Source: a virus. From it: a stretch of 64,000 nucleotides of DNA. The stretch is from the IMG/VR virus record IMGVR_UViG_3300031133_000417, positions 970 through 64,969 of that record; one strand, given 5' to 3'. This document shows, piece after piece, positions 7,937 through 18,316 of the stretch (position 1 is its first letter; the number at the start of each line of letters is the position of its first letter). The position numbers and the translations under genes are program-made. Below the pieces are notes generated by a model. It was not told the DNA's origin. It did not search any database and saw only the letters and a list, made by a program, of their open reading frames with translations.

Positions 7937-10018
7937 TTAAAACGGGGTAAGCGTATTTAAAAATTTACCCATTTTTTTACCTAGCAAAGCGCCGCCGTAT
8001 GCTCCAGGGTGAAGGTTATCCGGGCAGTGAGTAACTAGGTTGTAAGAGTTTATTCCTGAATTTGTAAGTAGGTCATAGCATGGCAGGCCTAAAAATCTAC
8101 ACTCATCGATAATTGCTTCTGCTATGTTTTTAATGGTCAGTCCATTTGTATTCGGAGTATACCCATTACCCTCACCAGAATAAATCCCTCTGTTGAATGG
8201 AGTAAAGAATACCAGCGGAATATTCGGTTTTAAAGAGAAAACCCTTTGAGCTACCAGTTTAATTGATCCATGTATTGTAGTTCCGTCAATAGGACTATTT
8301 ATTGTTCCTAAAGTAGCGCCACCGTGACCATAATCATTTGTACCGGCAAGAACTGTGATGATATCTAAATTCGCAATATTAGCGGCAGTAAGGCCTGTGC
8401 CCATTACAGAAATCACCTGCCCATTTTGACCCTCTACATATCCATCTGACATTCTTGTCATAGCAAGCATTGCAGCAGCGTATTGAGATTGCACAGTTAT
8501 ACTATCCCCTAATCTACCTGCCTTCTTTCCGTCCCATGGATAAACATTTGCGTCTTTAAGTTCTACAAAGTCAGCAAAAGAGAAACCGTAATTAACAAAC
8601 TGAGCAGGGGAAGCTGTTCCTTCAATCAACATGTAGTAAGGCTGGTATTGAGGCTGAAGCGTAGTGTAAACAATCATGACGGTATCTGCTTTAGTCATTG
8701 CATACCCATCTGTTGAGAACGTTGATTTATTAGCAATGTCACTCAATCCGCCAGCTGCATCCACACATAGCACATAATTTGTTTCCCTTACCGGGTTAGC
8801 TCCGCTAAACTGAGAATATGCGGTATTTGGTTTTACATTGACATAATTCAGCTGCTGTGTTGGTGATCCGCTTGTGCTTACAACCCCGCCCCCGGTAATG
8901 TAGCCTGTTTTTATAGACCTCGAGTCATAGAGATTTACAAGGTTAATCTTCTGTGTCAGGAAATTCAAATTGTTTGGTTTTACCCAACTATCAACAGTTT
9001 GAATACCGGCAATAATTCTATTCTTAACGACAGTTTTATCTAATGCAGGTAATATGAAATCAGAACCTGCGTATAATGGTTTTCTACCACCGTTAAGGAT
9101 ATAACCACCGGGAACGTATGCCGCCGGTACTGGAACAACAGCCTCGGTACTTTCTTTCAAGAACGCAGTAGATACCGCATTAGTCAGCAATGATACCCTA
9201 ATATATTTTGTATTTGCGGGGGCTTGTGGGTAAGATCCCGGCGCTGTATCTGAATATAACACCAGTGAACCGGAAGAATTATAAAAGGCCATTCTCGTAT
9301 ATGGAGAAATTGACCCTATATATAATTTGTAATACTTGCCAGCGGTAGCAGGCAGAAAATCAGAAGTATAATACGACGTTTGGTTAGTTATAATTCCGCC
9401 AGTAGCATCCAGAAGCCCAACGACAGCCCCCTTGAAGTGAAGTAAATTTTCTGATAACGATGTTTCAACTCCTTCATAAGCAGAGAGCCTGTTTGCCCAT
9501 TTAAATGACGATCCGGGTATATCTGTTGCGGTAGTAGAAGACATAGCTACCCAATCCACTCCAAGATAGTTAACCTTTGCGCCAGCAGCAAATGATTGAG
9601 CTGTCCAGTTCAAAATTACATCAGATTTAACTGCATAATTAGTGAGGTCAATAGGAATAATTACTTTACTCCAACCACCATTTGTTTTTCTACCCTGAAC
9701 TATCCCGGCAGCCAGATCGCCAGATGAAACTACAATACCGCCTAAATTTGCGTATGTACCGGCGCTATTCAGATTATAGGTTGTAATAGAAGCATCAGGA
9801 ATGGTGGTAGGATCAGCGTTACCAATCCCAGTTGTAATACCTGTCAAGTCTAACGCAAAAGGAAGCGCATTCCAAGCGGTAACACCGTCACCTATCTTGA
9901 ATTTTCGCGGAACGGTATCAGTGGTTACACCAATTTCCCTGTCCATCAAAACTTCATTGAGCGATGCCCAAAGAGCGGTAGTTTTACCCCGCATTAATAA
10001 TCGTGTGTAAGTTGCCAT
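7937..10018 (-). CDS. Tail fibre/spike with Mtd_N-like N-terminus and C-terminal SGNH/GDSL esterase
   Basis: EIGVTTDT..KFKIGDGVTAWNALPF N-terminus; GDS, GTND and DNLHP catalytic blocks. Confidence 0.85.
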   Translation of the reverse strand: MATYTRLLMRGKTTALWASLNEVLMDREIGVTTDTVPRKFKIGDGVTAWNALPFALDLTGITTGIGNADPTTIPDASITTYNLNSAGTYANLGGIVVSSGDLAAGIVQGRKTNGGWSKVIIPIDLTNYAVKSDVILNWTAQSFAAGAKVNYLGVDWVAMSSTTATDIPGSSFKWANRLSAYEGVETSLSENLLHFKGAVVGLLDATGGIITNQTSYYTSDFLPATAGKYYKLYIGSISPYTRMAFYNSSGSLVLYSDTAPGSYPQAPANTKYIRVSLLTNAVSTAFLKESTEAVVPVPAAYVPGGYILNGGRKPLYAGSDFILPALDKTVVKNRIIAGIQTVDSWVKPNNLNFLTQKINLVNLYDSRSIKTGYITGGGVVSTSGSPTQQLNYVNVKPNTAYSQFSGANPVRETNYVLCVDAAGGLSDIANKSTFSTDGYAMTKADTVMIVYTTLQPQYQPYYMLIEGTASPAQFVNYGFSFADFVELKDANVYPWDGKKAGRLGDSITVQSQYAAAMLAMTRMSDGYVEGQNGQVISVMGTGLTAANIANLDIITVLAGTNDYGHGGATLGTINSPIDGTTIHGSIKLVAQRVFSLKPNIPLVFFTPFNRGIYSGEGNGYTPNTNGLTIKNIAEAIIDECRFLGLPCYDLLTNSGINSYNLVTHCPDNLHPGAYGGALLGKKMGKFLNTLTPF

Positions 10019-10021
10019 ATG

Positions 10022-10474
10022 TTAACCGTTTCCGTCTAAAATTTCTGTTGTTATTGATTGATTTTCTGCACCGAAGCATTTTGTAATGGTGAGTGTGAAT
10101 CGAGCAATCATATTAGTTCCGGATCCGTACCATGTGAATGGTGACATCTTTTTTAGCCGCACGCTATATGATTTACCTGTCAATGGAAAAGACAGGGTCT
10201 TGAAACCGTTTTTTTTGAATTCAGCCTTAAGCAGGTCTTTTTTACTGATGATATCGGCAACAGAGGTTCCTTTTATATACACGTTAAAATCCACGTCAGT
10301 GTCCTGGTACACTATAGGAGCGGAGGAATACTCTAATCCCGGGCGCTCAGGCCAGTTGTAAGATTCGGTTTCTTTTAAATCACCTGCATCTTCAAATTTT
10401 TTGATACCATCTTCGATATGCAGCCCAAAAGTTGTATATAATCCAAGCTGATTAAGTGTTCCTTGATCTGTCAT
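10022..10474 (-). CDS. Distal tail (Dit-like) protein
   Basis: 150 aa, immediately after the tape measure gene, YNWPERPG motif. Confidence 0.65.
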   Translation of the reverse strand: MTDQGTLNQLGLYTTFGLHIEDGIKKFEDAGDLKETESYNWPERPGLEYSSAPIVYQDTDVDFNVYIKGTSVADIISKKDLLKAEFKKNGFKTLSFPLTGKSYSVRLKKMSPFTWYGSGTNMIARFTLTITKCFGAENQSITTEILDGNG

Positions 10475-13400
10475 AATCCACCGTAACCTGAGCCTTGTTT
10501 GATATCCGTAACGCTTACAATTTTGTTATCCATAGATGCCAGTGATTTTTCAATATTTGCCAGTCTGCCAGTATTTTCGGCGGTGCGAAGCGTGTTTGCT
10601 TCAATCCTAAGTGCGCTTTCCAAATGAGATCTGGATACGTTAAGCTGTTCAATCGCATTCAAACCCATCGGACGTATGATTTCATTTGTCTCCATCTGGG
10701 TTATCCTGAATCCGTTGAATAATCCAGATAATTTATCTGCCTGATCAACTGTGATGGAGGAGATTTTACCAGATAAGGTATCTGTAGAGGTAGTCCCGCT
10801 GCCTGACAAATCAGACCCGGTTATCTTTTGAAGATCTTCATATTGTTTAGCGGCATCATCGGTGAATGCTTTAAAAAGAGCTTGCAGGTCAGCTATTTTA
10901 GCATCGGTCAATCCTCCATCAGATTGCGATTGCTTTACAAACTCCTGGTAAAACTTATCTACACCTTCAGCAAGAACCTTATTTTTGAACACGCTATTAG
11001 CCGCATCATCCATGGTTTGCTTAAAGAAGTCAGCCAGATCCTGCGCGCTGGCCTTCCCGTTTTTAAACATGTCGGCCAGTGTATTGGTCAGGTTATCAGA
11101 TGTAGTGCCGGTAAACAGTTCCGCAGTACTCTCGGCCAGGTCCCTAATGGCCTGATCAGCATCGTACCCTTTTTGTTCAAGCTCAACCAATCGCTCAACC
11201 AGAGTCTTTGCATTCCCTTCCAGTTTGCCCTGTGAAAGTAGTTGAGAAAGTTCACTGAAATCTTTACCTCCAAGGCTGGCAGTGGTTTTCTCTACTTTAG
11301 CCTTACGGAACCAGGTACCATGAGTATAGGTTTCGCCAGTAACATAACTTTGCCCGCTAAGCTGGGCCATGATTTCATCAGCTTCCTTTTTATATGCTGC
11401 AGTCTGCTCTTTTCTGATGGCAACCTCTTCCAAGATACCTTTAAGCGCAGAGCTGTTGTTTTTTGCATTGAGAATAGCGCGTTCCTTCAGTTGTTCCTGA
11501 TATTCTCTTTCGCCTGCGATCGCGTTTGTATAATAGTCAGCAACCTCTTGACGGGCCGCAGCATTCATTTCTTTTACCTTTTTTCCAATTGAAAGAACAG
11601 AGGTTACAGCGCTAATCGTCTTAGTGACACCGCCTATGATATCTCCCGAAGAGAAAGAAGCAAAAGCGCCTGCAGCATCTGAACCGGCCTGAGCAAGTTT
11701 ACCAAAGGTGTCCAATGCATAGCCAGCTTCTGTGTCAACCCCTCCTAATGCTTCAGATAATTCACTGAAGCCACTGGCCGCTCTACCAAGATCGTTCGAT
11801 AATCCTTCCGCGACTTCTTTAGTGCTTCCTTTTAAGTATTTAAATTGTTCAGATATCTTATCCCCGAAATTTACCTTGCCATCACCATTTACATCCAGCT
11901 TATCAAGAGCAAGTTGCACCTCAACAATATCCTTTAGCGTCTGTTTCTTTTGATCCGGACTGATAAGACTATTGCCCTTTTCGTCAGTAGCATTGAGCTT
12001 AGTTTTAAGATCATTCAGCTTTTCAGACAAAATGTTCAGGTTTGCCTGATCGGTACCTACTTTCAGTGTAAGCTTGAGGCCTTCTACCTGCGATTTGATC
12101 TTTTGCGTAACGTCATCAGGAAGATCGGCGGCAGCAAGGATCTTATCAAGTGCTTTAATCTGCTCGTCCACTTGATCCCTGGTAAGCAATATTGTTTCCT
12201 GCGATAATTTCTTATAGATAGCAGTACGCGCCAAGTACTCATCATTGGCAGCCGAAATGAGATTATCGCGTTGATAGTTTAATTGAACTTTCTCGTCATC
12301 GGTTATTGTAGCTCTTAGGTCATAGGCTTTTTTCTGAAAATCTTTATTTATCCTTTCTAACTTTTGAGAATGAGTTAGTGCAGCTTGATACGCCTCTGCA
12401 TAATCAGCATCGCGTTTAGTGGCAATACCCTTCTGAGCCTCTTCAATTCTTTTGGCTCCAGCTTTAAATTCTTCTTCTTCAGGACCTGATAAATTATTCT
12501 TACCAGTTAATGTTCCCACTACGTTTTTAAAAATGAGTTTGGAGTATCGATCTTTTAATGCATCAAGGTATGTTGTACTGGTATCAAGTTCGTCTGCAAA
12601 CCGTTGCTTTGCACTGGCCTCTCCAAACATCCGTTTCCAATTCTCATACGCCTCATAAGCATCTTTCTGCTTAGTGATAGCAAATTCGAACCTGGCTGTT
12701 TCCTGACGATAGTCAAGATCTTCCAGAGCAGCTTTACGTATAGGCTCAATCTGGGCAGTAGTTTCTTTGGGGCCTAATACTGATAGCGCTTTTGCAGCAC
12801 CGTATTTCTTGGCGTATTCATCATATTTCTTACCCTGCTGTTCAATATCGAATGCAAGCTTTTTAAATTCATCAACAATGGCCTGTCTGGCCTCCTGCTC
12901 TTTAGTCAGGCCTTGACGCTCGAACTTGTCTTTAAGAACCTGAATCCTTTGCTGCAAACTTTCCTGAGCACTTAATGCAGCAGAGTCTGCAGCGTCTTGT
13001 CTTTCTTGTGCTCTACGAAGTTTATCAGCAGCTTTTCGCTCGGCTTCTTCAGCTTTGCCGTCATCCGTTTTGGTTATTTTAGCAAACTCCTCATTTTCCT
13101 TTTGCCTCTTGGCAAGGAGCTGACCGCTGTCAGACGCTAAAAGGGCTTCGTATTTAGCCTTTTCTTTTATTAAAGTTTGATAAGAGCCTACAATTGTTTT
13201 AACCTCCTTAGCGGTCGCGTCACGGAATGTTGTTAGGCCACCGCCAAACTGTCCCTGAGAGGTAGTCTCAGGAATTTTGAATGTTCCTGACTTGGCAATT
13301 TCATCAATAGACTTTTTGACGCCTGGTATCCTCCTGTTCAGATCATCAATTTTATTTGTGGTAGCCTCAATTCTGTCCGCATTTATAGCTTGAAGAATCA

Positions 13401-15153
13401 GTACTTGCTGATCGATGAATTCTTTTGCCCTAGTTGTGCTGATGGAAATTGCATTACCATATTTATCGAACTGTGTGATAGCTGTTGGTATCTCCTCACC
13501 GACCTGTTTAATGATGTCCTTCATCAAGGATTGTTCAACCTTGTTTAATTTTGTGACACCTCCATTTTTAGCCGCTTTTTCAGATAATTCGTCATACTTT
13601 GATAGGAGGGGTGAGATGTTTCGTTGCAGTGATTGGACTTGCAATCCAGTTTCATAGAACTCTTTGTTGGCTTCCCGAACAGCATCATAATTAAGGACAA
13701 GGTTAATCTTTTGTCCAACGAGCTCTTTTACATTAGCAATTTTAGTTGCAAACTGAGCCATCTTATCTGCGGTGGTCTCTGTAACCTCCCCCATGGATTT
13801 AAGCTTGGCTTCAACGACATTACCAACCGCTGTTTGAAAATCACCAGTTTTTTTAATCTCAGCACGCAATTGTACTTGTGAAATCTGAAGATTATCCAGG
13901 ATGAGCAGGGACTTACGCCCCAGCCCATTTACGAAACTATCCGTTAAATAAGTTACATCCTGTCCAGTTTGCCGGGAGACTTTACCCGCCAGCTCTAATC
14001 CTTTTGCAAGAAGCTCCGGGGCAATCTGAAAGTTTTTTGCACGTAACGCCGCAGCCATCAAATCAATATCTGATGTAGCACCGCGGGTTGCCGTTCTCAA
14101 CAGTTGTAGCGTTTTTCCATTATCTAGCTTAGCGAAGGCTTCACGGATACCCTCACCTCTTGCAGCAAGTTCCCTTGCTTCCTTTGCCCAGCTGATGATC
14201 ATTTGAACACTGAACGCCGCGAGGATGGCCGCGCCTATAGATTTCAACGTGTTGACGAATTTCTGGGAAGCAGTATCAGCCACTACAATCTTATTTCCAA
14301 GATCATCAAATCCCTTTTTCCCGGCATTCGCCAATCGGTTAAGCTGCTCTTCAGTTTCTTGGATTTTGCGATTTAATGAAACGAAGGATTGTGGTGCCTT
14401 GGCAAACTGCAGCTGGTCCTGAAAATATTTCAGCCTGTTCGTAAGGATTTCCTGCTGTCCAATAGTAGATTTGATCCGGTTACCCAGTTCATCATATCCA
14501 CGCTTACCAATATTATTTAGCTTGGCAATTTCTGCTTGAGCCTCTTGAATTTTCTTTGTGTATTCAGCAATCACCGCCGGATCGGTAGTGCTGCTTTTTA
14601 TATTTTGGTAGGACTGTACCTTGAGTTTCCAACTGTCCTCGGCCACGATAGCGTTCTTTATTGCTTCAGTGGTCTTATTGGTGGAATCCGTTGCAACCCT
14701 ATTTGCATCAGCTGCAGCAGTCCCAAACGCCGCAGCTTGGTTCGCTGCTTTATTATATTCTTCCGCGGTACCTACAACTGGACCAGTGGTTATAGATCCG
14801 GTTTTACCTGAATTACTTGCATTGACCTCATCCAGTGAACTTGTCATTTGGACAGGCTTAATCTGCAAGCCGGTCACAGCATCAAAGGCTGCTTTTTTCC
14901 TTTTGATAGCCTCAGTTGATTTGTCGATCGCCTTGACTTCTTCGTTAACAGAATTAACTACTTCCAGAGACACTGACTTTTGATCCTGAGTAACTTTTAC
15001 AGCCTTCTCCCTGGCTTTAACCTCTGAATCTACGCCCTTGGCAATTTCCTTGGAAATCTGGTCATTGGCATCCTTTGAATACTTCGCTACATTGGCTAAA
15101 GTCTTCTTAAGTTCCGCGTCATCACCGGTGATTTTGAAGTTTAATTCGGGCAT
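10471..15153 (-). CDS. Tail tape measure protein
   Basis: 1560 aa, Ala/Lys/Glu-rich helical sequence, located before Dit and tail proteins. Confidence 0.93.
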   Translation of the reverse strand: MPELNFKITGDDAELKKTLANVAKYSKDANDQISKEIAKGVDSEVKAREKAVKVTQDQKSVSLEVVNSVNEEVKAIDKSTEAIKRKKAAFDAVTGLQIKPVQMTSSLDEVNASNSGKTGSITTGPVVGTAEEYNKAANQAAAFGTAAADANRVATDSTNKTTEAIKNAIVAEDSWKLKVQSYQNIKSSTTDPAVIAEYTKKIQEAQAEIAKLNNIGKRGYDELGNRIKSTIGQQEILTNRLKYFQDQLQFAKAPQSFVSLNRKIQETEEQLNRLANAGKKGFDDLGNKIVVADTASQKFVNTLKSIGAAILAAFSVQMIISWAKEARELAARGEGIREAFAKLDNGKTLQLLRTATRGATSDIDLMAAALRAKNFQIAPELLAKGLELAGKVSRQTGQDVTYLTDSFVNGLGRKSLLILDNLQISQVQLRAEIKKTGDFQTAVGNVVEAKLKSMGEVTETTADKMAQFATKIANVKELVGQKINLVLNYDAVREANKEFYETGLQVQSLQRNISPLLSKYDELSEKAAKNGGVTKLNKVEQSLMKDIIKQVGEEIPTAITQFDKYGNAISISTTRAKEFIDQQVLILQAINADRIEATTNKIDDLNRRIPGVKKSIDEIAKSGTFKIPETTSQGQFGGGLTTFRDATAKEVKTIVGSYQTLIKEKAKYEALLASDSGQLLAKRQKENEEFAKITKTDDGKAEEAERKAADKLRRAQERQDAADSAALSAQESLQQRIQVLKDKFERQGLTKEQEARQAIVDEFKKLAFDIEQQGKKYDEYAKKYGAAKALSVLGPKETTAQIEPIRKAALEDLDYRQETARFEFAITKQKDAYEAYENWKRMFGEASAKQRFADELDTSTTYLDALKDRYSKLIFKNVVGTLTGKNNLSGPEEEEFKAGAKRIEEAQKGIATKRDADYAEAYQAALTHSQKLERINKDFQKKAYDLRATITDDEKVQLNYQRDNLISAANDEYLARTAIYKKLSQETILLTRDQVDEQIKALDKILAAADLPDDVTQKIKSQVEGLKLTLKVGTDQANLNILSEKLNDLKTKLNATDEKGNSLISPDQKKQTLKDIVEVQLALDKLDVNGDGKVNFGDKISEQFKYLKGSTKEVAEGLSNDLGRAASGFSELSEALGGVDTEAGYALDTFGKLAQAGSDAAGAFASFSSGDIIGGVTKTISAVTSVLSIGKKVKEMNAAARQEVADYYTNAIAGEREYQEQLKERAILNAKNNSSALKGILEEVAIRKEQTAAYKKEADEIMAQLSGQSYVTGETYTHGTWFRKAKVEKTTASLGGKDFSELSQLLSQGKLEGNAKTLVERLVELEQKGYDADQAIRDLAESTAELFTGTTSDNLTNTLADMFKNGKASAQDLADFFKQTMDDAANSVFKNKVLAEGVDKFYQEFVKQSQSDGGLTDAKIADLQALFKAFTDDAAKQYEDLQKITGSDLSGSGTTSTDTLSGKISSITVDQADKLSGLFNGFRITQMETNEIIRPMGLNAIEQLNVSRSHLESALRIEANTLRTAENTGRLANIEKSLASMDNKIVSVTDIKQGSGYGGL

Positions 15154-15161
15154 GCCACGAA

Positions 15162-15177
15162 ATTACCCTTTGGTAAT
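15162..15177. promoter_or_regulatory. ATTACC-N4-GGTAAT palindrome
   Basis: Same motif at 23457, 23513, 35780 and 43591; 9 nt upstream of the tape measure ATG. Confidence 0.65.
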
Positions 15178-15197
15178 ACCGAGTAACAGGTGGGGTT

Positions 15198-15220
15198 TTG
15201 ACAATGGTATACATTGTCAA
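15198..15220. promoter_or_regulatory. 23-bp palindromic site, copy 2 (TTGACAATG-GTATA-CATTGTCAA)
   Basis: Identical to the copy at 28771-28793. Confidence 0.75.
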
Positions 15221-15316
15221 TGATTTGCTTATACAGTTTAGGCAAATCGTCGCATAAGTTCAGCAATACACGTTATTTATTGCTAATATTATTAGTATTT
15301 ATTAGATTGCGGCGCT

Positions 15317-15634
15317 ATGAAAACCATGACAATTTACAATCACAAAGACAATGCTGACTGCCTTATCATGACAGTTGCTGATTATGAGGAACTAAAGGGA
15401 AGGATTGCTGATGCACTACTGAGTTTCTTCGATCGTATCGAGTTTGGAACTTATCGAGAGAGTCAAAATTATGAGCTGCTTATTCGTGGGTATCGAAAGG
15501 AATGGGTTGCGATCAATACTTTTTTTATTAAGGACTGGTTCTTAATCTCGCTTGATGAGTTTACATTTGCCATGGAAAACAGGCTATCCTTTTTGCAGAC
15601 CAACTACTCTAAATTATTCCCTGAAACAATATGA
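15317..15634 (+). CDS. Hypothetical protein
   Basis: 105-aa ORF overlapping the next gene by ATGA. Confidence 0.6.
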   Translation: MKTMTIYNHKDNADCLIMTVADYEELKGRIADALLSFFDRIEFGTYRESQNYELLIRGYRKEWVAINTFFIKDWFLISLDEFTFAMENRLSFLQTNYSKLFPETI

Positions 15635-15858
15635 TTGATCGATTTACAATTATTTTAGCTGAAGATGTATGCATTGATGTTCAGCCAGTCGTATCTGGTT
15701 CAGAGATGTCAGCCTATCAGTTATACATTAAAGGGAAGTATCACGGAGAGGTCTACCCGGATCCTGAAAATCCTTTTATTGAATGGAAGTCCCACGATCA
15801 AATTGACCCATACCTGGTGCAGTTGATCGGCCGAGCAATTGAAAATCACAATGCATAA
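15631..15858 (+). CDS. Hypothetical protein
   Basis: 75-aa ORF, translationally coupled. Confidence 0.6.
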   Translation: MIDRFTIILAEDVCIDVQPVVSGSEMSAYQLYIKGKYHGEVYPDPENPFIEWKSHDQIDPYLVQLIGRAIENHNA

Positions 15859-15981
15859 AACAAACCTTACAGAATTTAAGGTTTGTTATGATTGTAATAA
15901 ATTAATTACATCAATAGGTGTATTTAATAACCCCGCTTTTTTATTTTTGAGTAAGAGAATAATCATTAACAATTTTTTATT

Positions 15982-16260
15982 TTGGTACATCCTATTGAAC
16001 AATATGCTATTGATGTAGCTATAAAACTTAGACTTAAACATAAGCTGAGAGGTCAAGACCTTGCAAAAATCTTAAATACCACACGATCGTTTATTGGTAA
16101 TGTGGAAAGCACAATTAATGCTGCAAAATATAATTTAAAACATTTGCATTTAATGGCAGCATATTTTGATGTTTCCCCTAGAATATTTTTACCTCCTGAA
16201 CCTTTTAAGGAACCTTGTGATGATAAAAATCCCCTCATTTTTGAAGGCTTTGATAGTTAG
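15982..16260 (+). CDS. XRE-family HTH protein
   Basis: LRGQDLAKILNTTRSFIGNVES helix-turn-helix pattern. Confidence 0.7.
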   Translation: MVHPIEQYAIDVAIKLRLKHKLRGQDLAKILNTTRSFIGNVESTINAAKYNLKHLHLMAAYFDVSPRIFLPPEPFKEPCDDKNPLIFEGFDS

Positions 16261-16271
16261 ATGGTGTGTGT

Positions 16272-16457
16272 TTATTTAGCTAAATACTTCTTAACAGCCT
16301 CTTGGGAGGACCCCACTTTACTAATAGCCTCCTTAATCTGGGCAGGTGTCACTTTGAATGAATTTGCAGCATATTGCACTTCACTCGGATCATTACTATC
16401 AATCTTACTATCGTCCCTTCCGTCTTGTTTCTTTTTATTGTCTGACATAGTTATCAA
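16272..16457 (-). CDS. DUF3606-like small protein
   Basis: DDSKID..EVQY...F.VT..QIKEAI.KVG.S..AV pattern. Confidence 0.75.
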   Translation of the reverse strand: MITMSDNKKKQDGRDDSKIDSNDPSEVQYAANSFKVTPAQIKEAISKVGSSQEAVKKYLAK

Positions 16458-16506
16458 TTTAGTTCTCCTTTAAAACAACACATGGTTGTATAGGTTTTGA
16501 AAGAAA

Positions 16507-16540
16507 TAAAAAAGCCTCCGTATGACTACGAAGGCTTACT
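16507..16540 (-). terminator. Intrinsic terminator
   Basis: AAGCCT(T/C)CGTA..TACG(G/A)AGGCTT hairpin followed by a T-run on the minus strand. Confidence 0.6.
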
Positions 16541-16604
16541 AAATGTAACCCAGCTGTAAGATCTAACCTGACGTCACTGGATTAATCCGCATCCGCGAAT
16601 ATTG

Positions 16605-16835
16605 TTATCTATACAATTTGTTGGTGTAGTTTTTAGAGTGACGCTCACGATTCTTAAGCCGTTCATTAACCAAAAACAATACAAACTCATCAGCTGATAT
16701 ATTGATTAATGAAAGTATATCAAAAACTCTATTGATCGGAATCCTCAAATTCTTTGCGATGAATTCTAACTTCTCTCCATTGAATGGAAGTATGTTTTTG
16801 ATCTCTAAGGGATTATCGGATAGTTGCATGGCCAT
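16605..16835 (-). CDS. Hypothetical protein (possible HTH)
   Basis: 76-aa ORF followed by a terminator. Confidence 0.5.
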   Translation of the reverse strand: MAMQLSDNPLEIKNILPFNGEKLEFIAKNLRIPINRVFDILSLINISADEFVLFLVNERLKNRERHSKNYTNKLYR

Positions 16836-16966
16836 GTTTAGTACACATACAACTGTACTGTTTACTTATTGTTTTACTTTGCCGCTTTATTATTTAATAC
16901 GATTTGAACGTTCAAACAATTTGCTTTAGATTAGGCACCATGTGCTTTACAACACTAATTCCATTT

Positions 16967-16998
16967 AGGGACGGACCGGTGCGGTCTGTCCCTTTTTG
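16967..16998 (+). terminator. Intrinsic terminator
   Basis: GGGACGGACCG-GTG-CGGTCTGTCCC followed by TTTTT. Confidence 0.65.
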
Positions 16999-17201
16999 TA
17001 TTTATTAAATATAAGCAACTTAACTTTTCCGTAAGGCTCATATTTTTATGATAATTTATTAATTTATCTTTCGTATAAATACTATTCTGAATAAGTAAAT
17101 TGCTTTAACAATCCGTATTTCCACAAGTTCGTTTTGTACTATCTTGGATTATACTACAGAAAATTACTGTATGAAACATTATTCCACTATATACTACGCT
17201 T

Positions 17202-17507
17202 ATGGAGACCTATTCATTTCAACTATTATTTGAAAATTACCATGTACTATATCACCCCCATGTAAAGAACTTTATAATTTTTGAACACCGATTTGATATC
17301 TATGTAATGGTAAAATCGGAAAAGGGGTGGCGTTGTCTCAATAATAAAACTGCAGACCTAAGAAATCTTCCCGTACAAGACCTGTATAATGAGTGTTTGA
17401 AAACAATGCCTTTAAATAAGTCTTTTTTGATTAGCTCTCAAATTGAAAAAAATCGAATTGGTAGCGTACTAAGTGTTGTAAAAAAGATAAAAGTACACCA
17501 GAACTAA
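17202..17507 (+). CDS. Hypothetical protein
   Basis: 101-aa ORF with an AT-rich promoter-like upstream region. Confidence 0.55.
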   Translation: METYSFQLLFENYHVLYHPHVKNFIIFEHRFDIYVMVKSEKGWRCLNNKTADLRNLPVQDLYNECLKTMPLNKSFLISSQIEKNRIGSVLSVVKKIKVHQN

Positions 17508-17702
17508 CCAGCATCTATGCTATTAGGTCCAAAGAATTGCATTTACCCTGCTTAAGCTCAGCGTTCAAGGTGACACCCGGTTACCCGCATTCTTGCGTTG
17601 ATAATTTTGGTAAATTATCAGGATTTATCTTATGACAAGTCAAGTATTTTATTCTGTATTTACAGTATTTTATTTAGATGTATAACCTATATTTTTACTG
17701 AT

Positions 17703-17791
17703 GTAACAACTGGATGGGAGTTATGTTGTCGAACGTTTCTAATGGCGAGTGTACAGAAGGGGGTTCTAATTGCCGCCCTTCTGTTATTTTG
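17703..17791 (+). ncRNA. Candidate sRNA, unit 1 of 3
   Basis: CAGTATTTT 40 nt upstream, TAnnTTTA + 5 nt, GTAAC..GAGTTA 5' hairpin, GAAGGG..CCCTTC 3' hairpin. Confidence 0.6.
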
Positions 17792-17893
17792 ATGGTTTAT
17801 AAATGTTTAAAGGGTATTTGATCGCAGATTATTAGGTATTTACCGGCTCTTTCCAGTATTTTAATTACATCTTTTAGCCCTAAATTTATCATT

Positions 17894-18051
17894 GTAACTA
17901 TCGGAAGAGTTACACATATGGTTTTCGATTCAAGGTGGTAAGTTTCTTACAGACCTGAATTTTCGTCTGATAATCTCTGGATGGAATTATCAATCTAAGA
18001 ACAAATGAGTGTAAGGAAGGGGCTAAGTCATTATGGCCCCTTCTTGATTTC
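17894..18051 (+). ncRNA. Candidate sRNA, unit 2 of 3
   Basis: Same promoter architecture, 5' hairpin and 3' hairpin; longer middle with extra hairpins. Confidence 0.6.
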
Positions 18052-18230
18052 CATTATAAACTCTTTGTTTGATTACTGATTTGATTATTTCTAGTGTTTC
18101 GGTGGTAAACGTTTTTCAGGTATCCTTCTAAGGATCATATTCCCTTTTGCGACTTACCGTGTGAAAATTCAAGTATTTCACGGCCACTACCAGTATTTTA
18201 ATTTAGAAAATTCAACCTAACTTTATGCCA

Positions 18231-18310
18231 GTAACATCCGGAGGGAGTTATTTTTTTCACAAACATGAATAGGGCAATGAAGGGGATCGTAGTTGCTCCC
18301 CTTCATTTTG
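18231..18310 (+). ncRNA. Candidate sRNA, unit 3 of 3
   Basis: Same promoter architecture, 5' hairpin and 3' hairpin. Confidence 0.6.
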
Positions 18311-18316
18311 CTTACC

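Noticed and set aside
2816-10018. Diversity-generating retroelement acting on tail genes
   Set aside because: No reverse transcriptase and no template/variable repeat pair differing at adenines was seen in the window.
17641-18310. CRISPR array or solitary CRISPR repeat
   Set aside because: Each unit has its own promoter-like and terminator-like elements, spacing is irregular, there is no identical repeat and no cas gene. Kept as an sRNA array instead.
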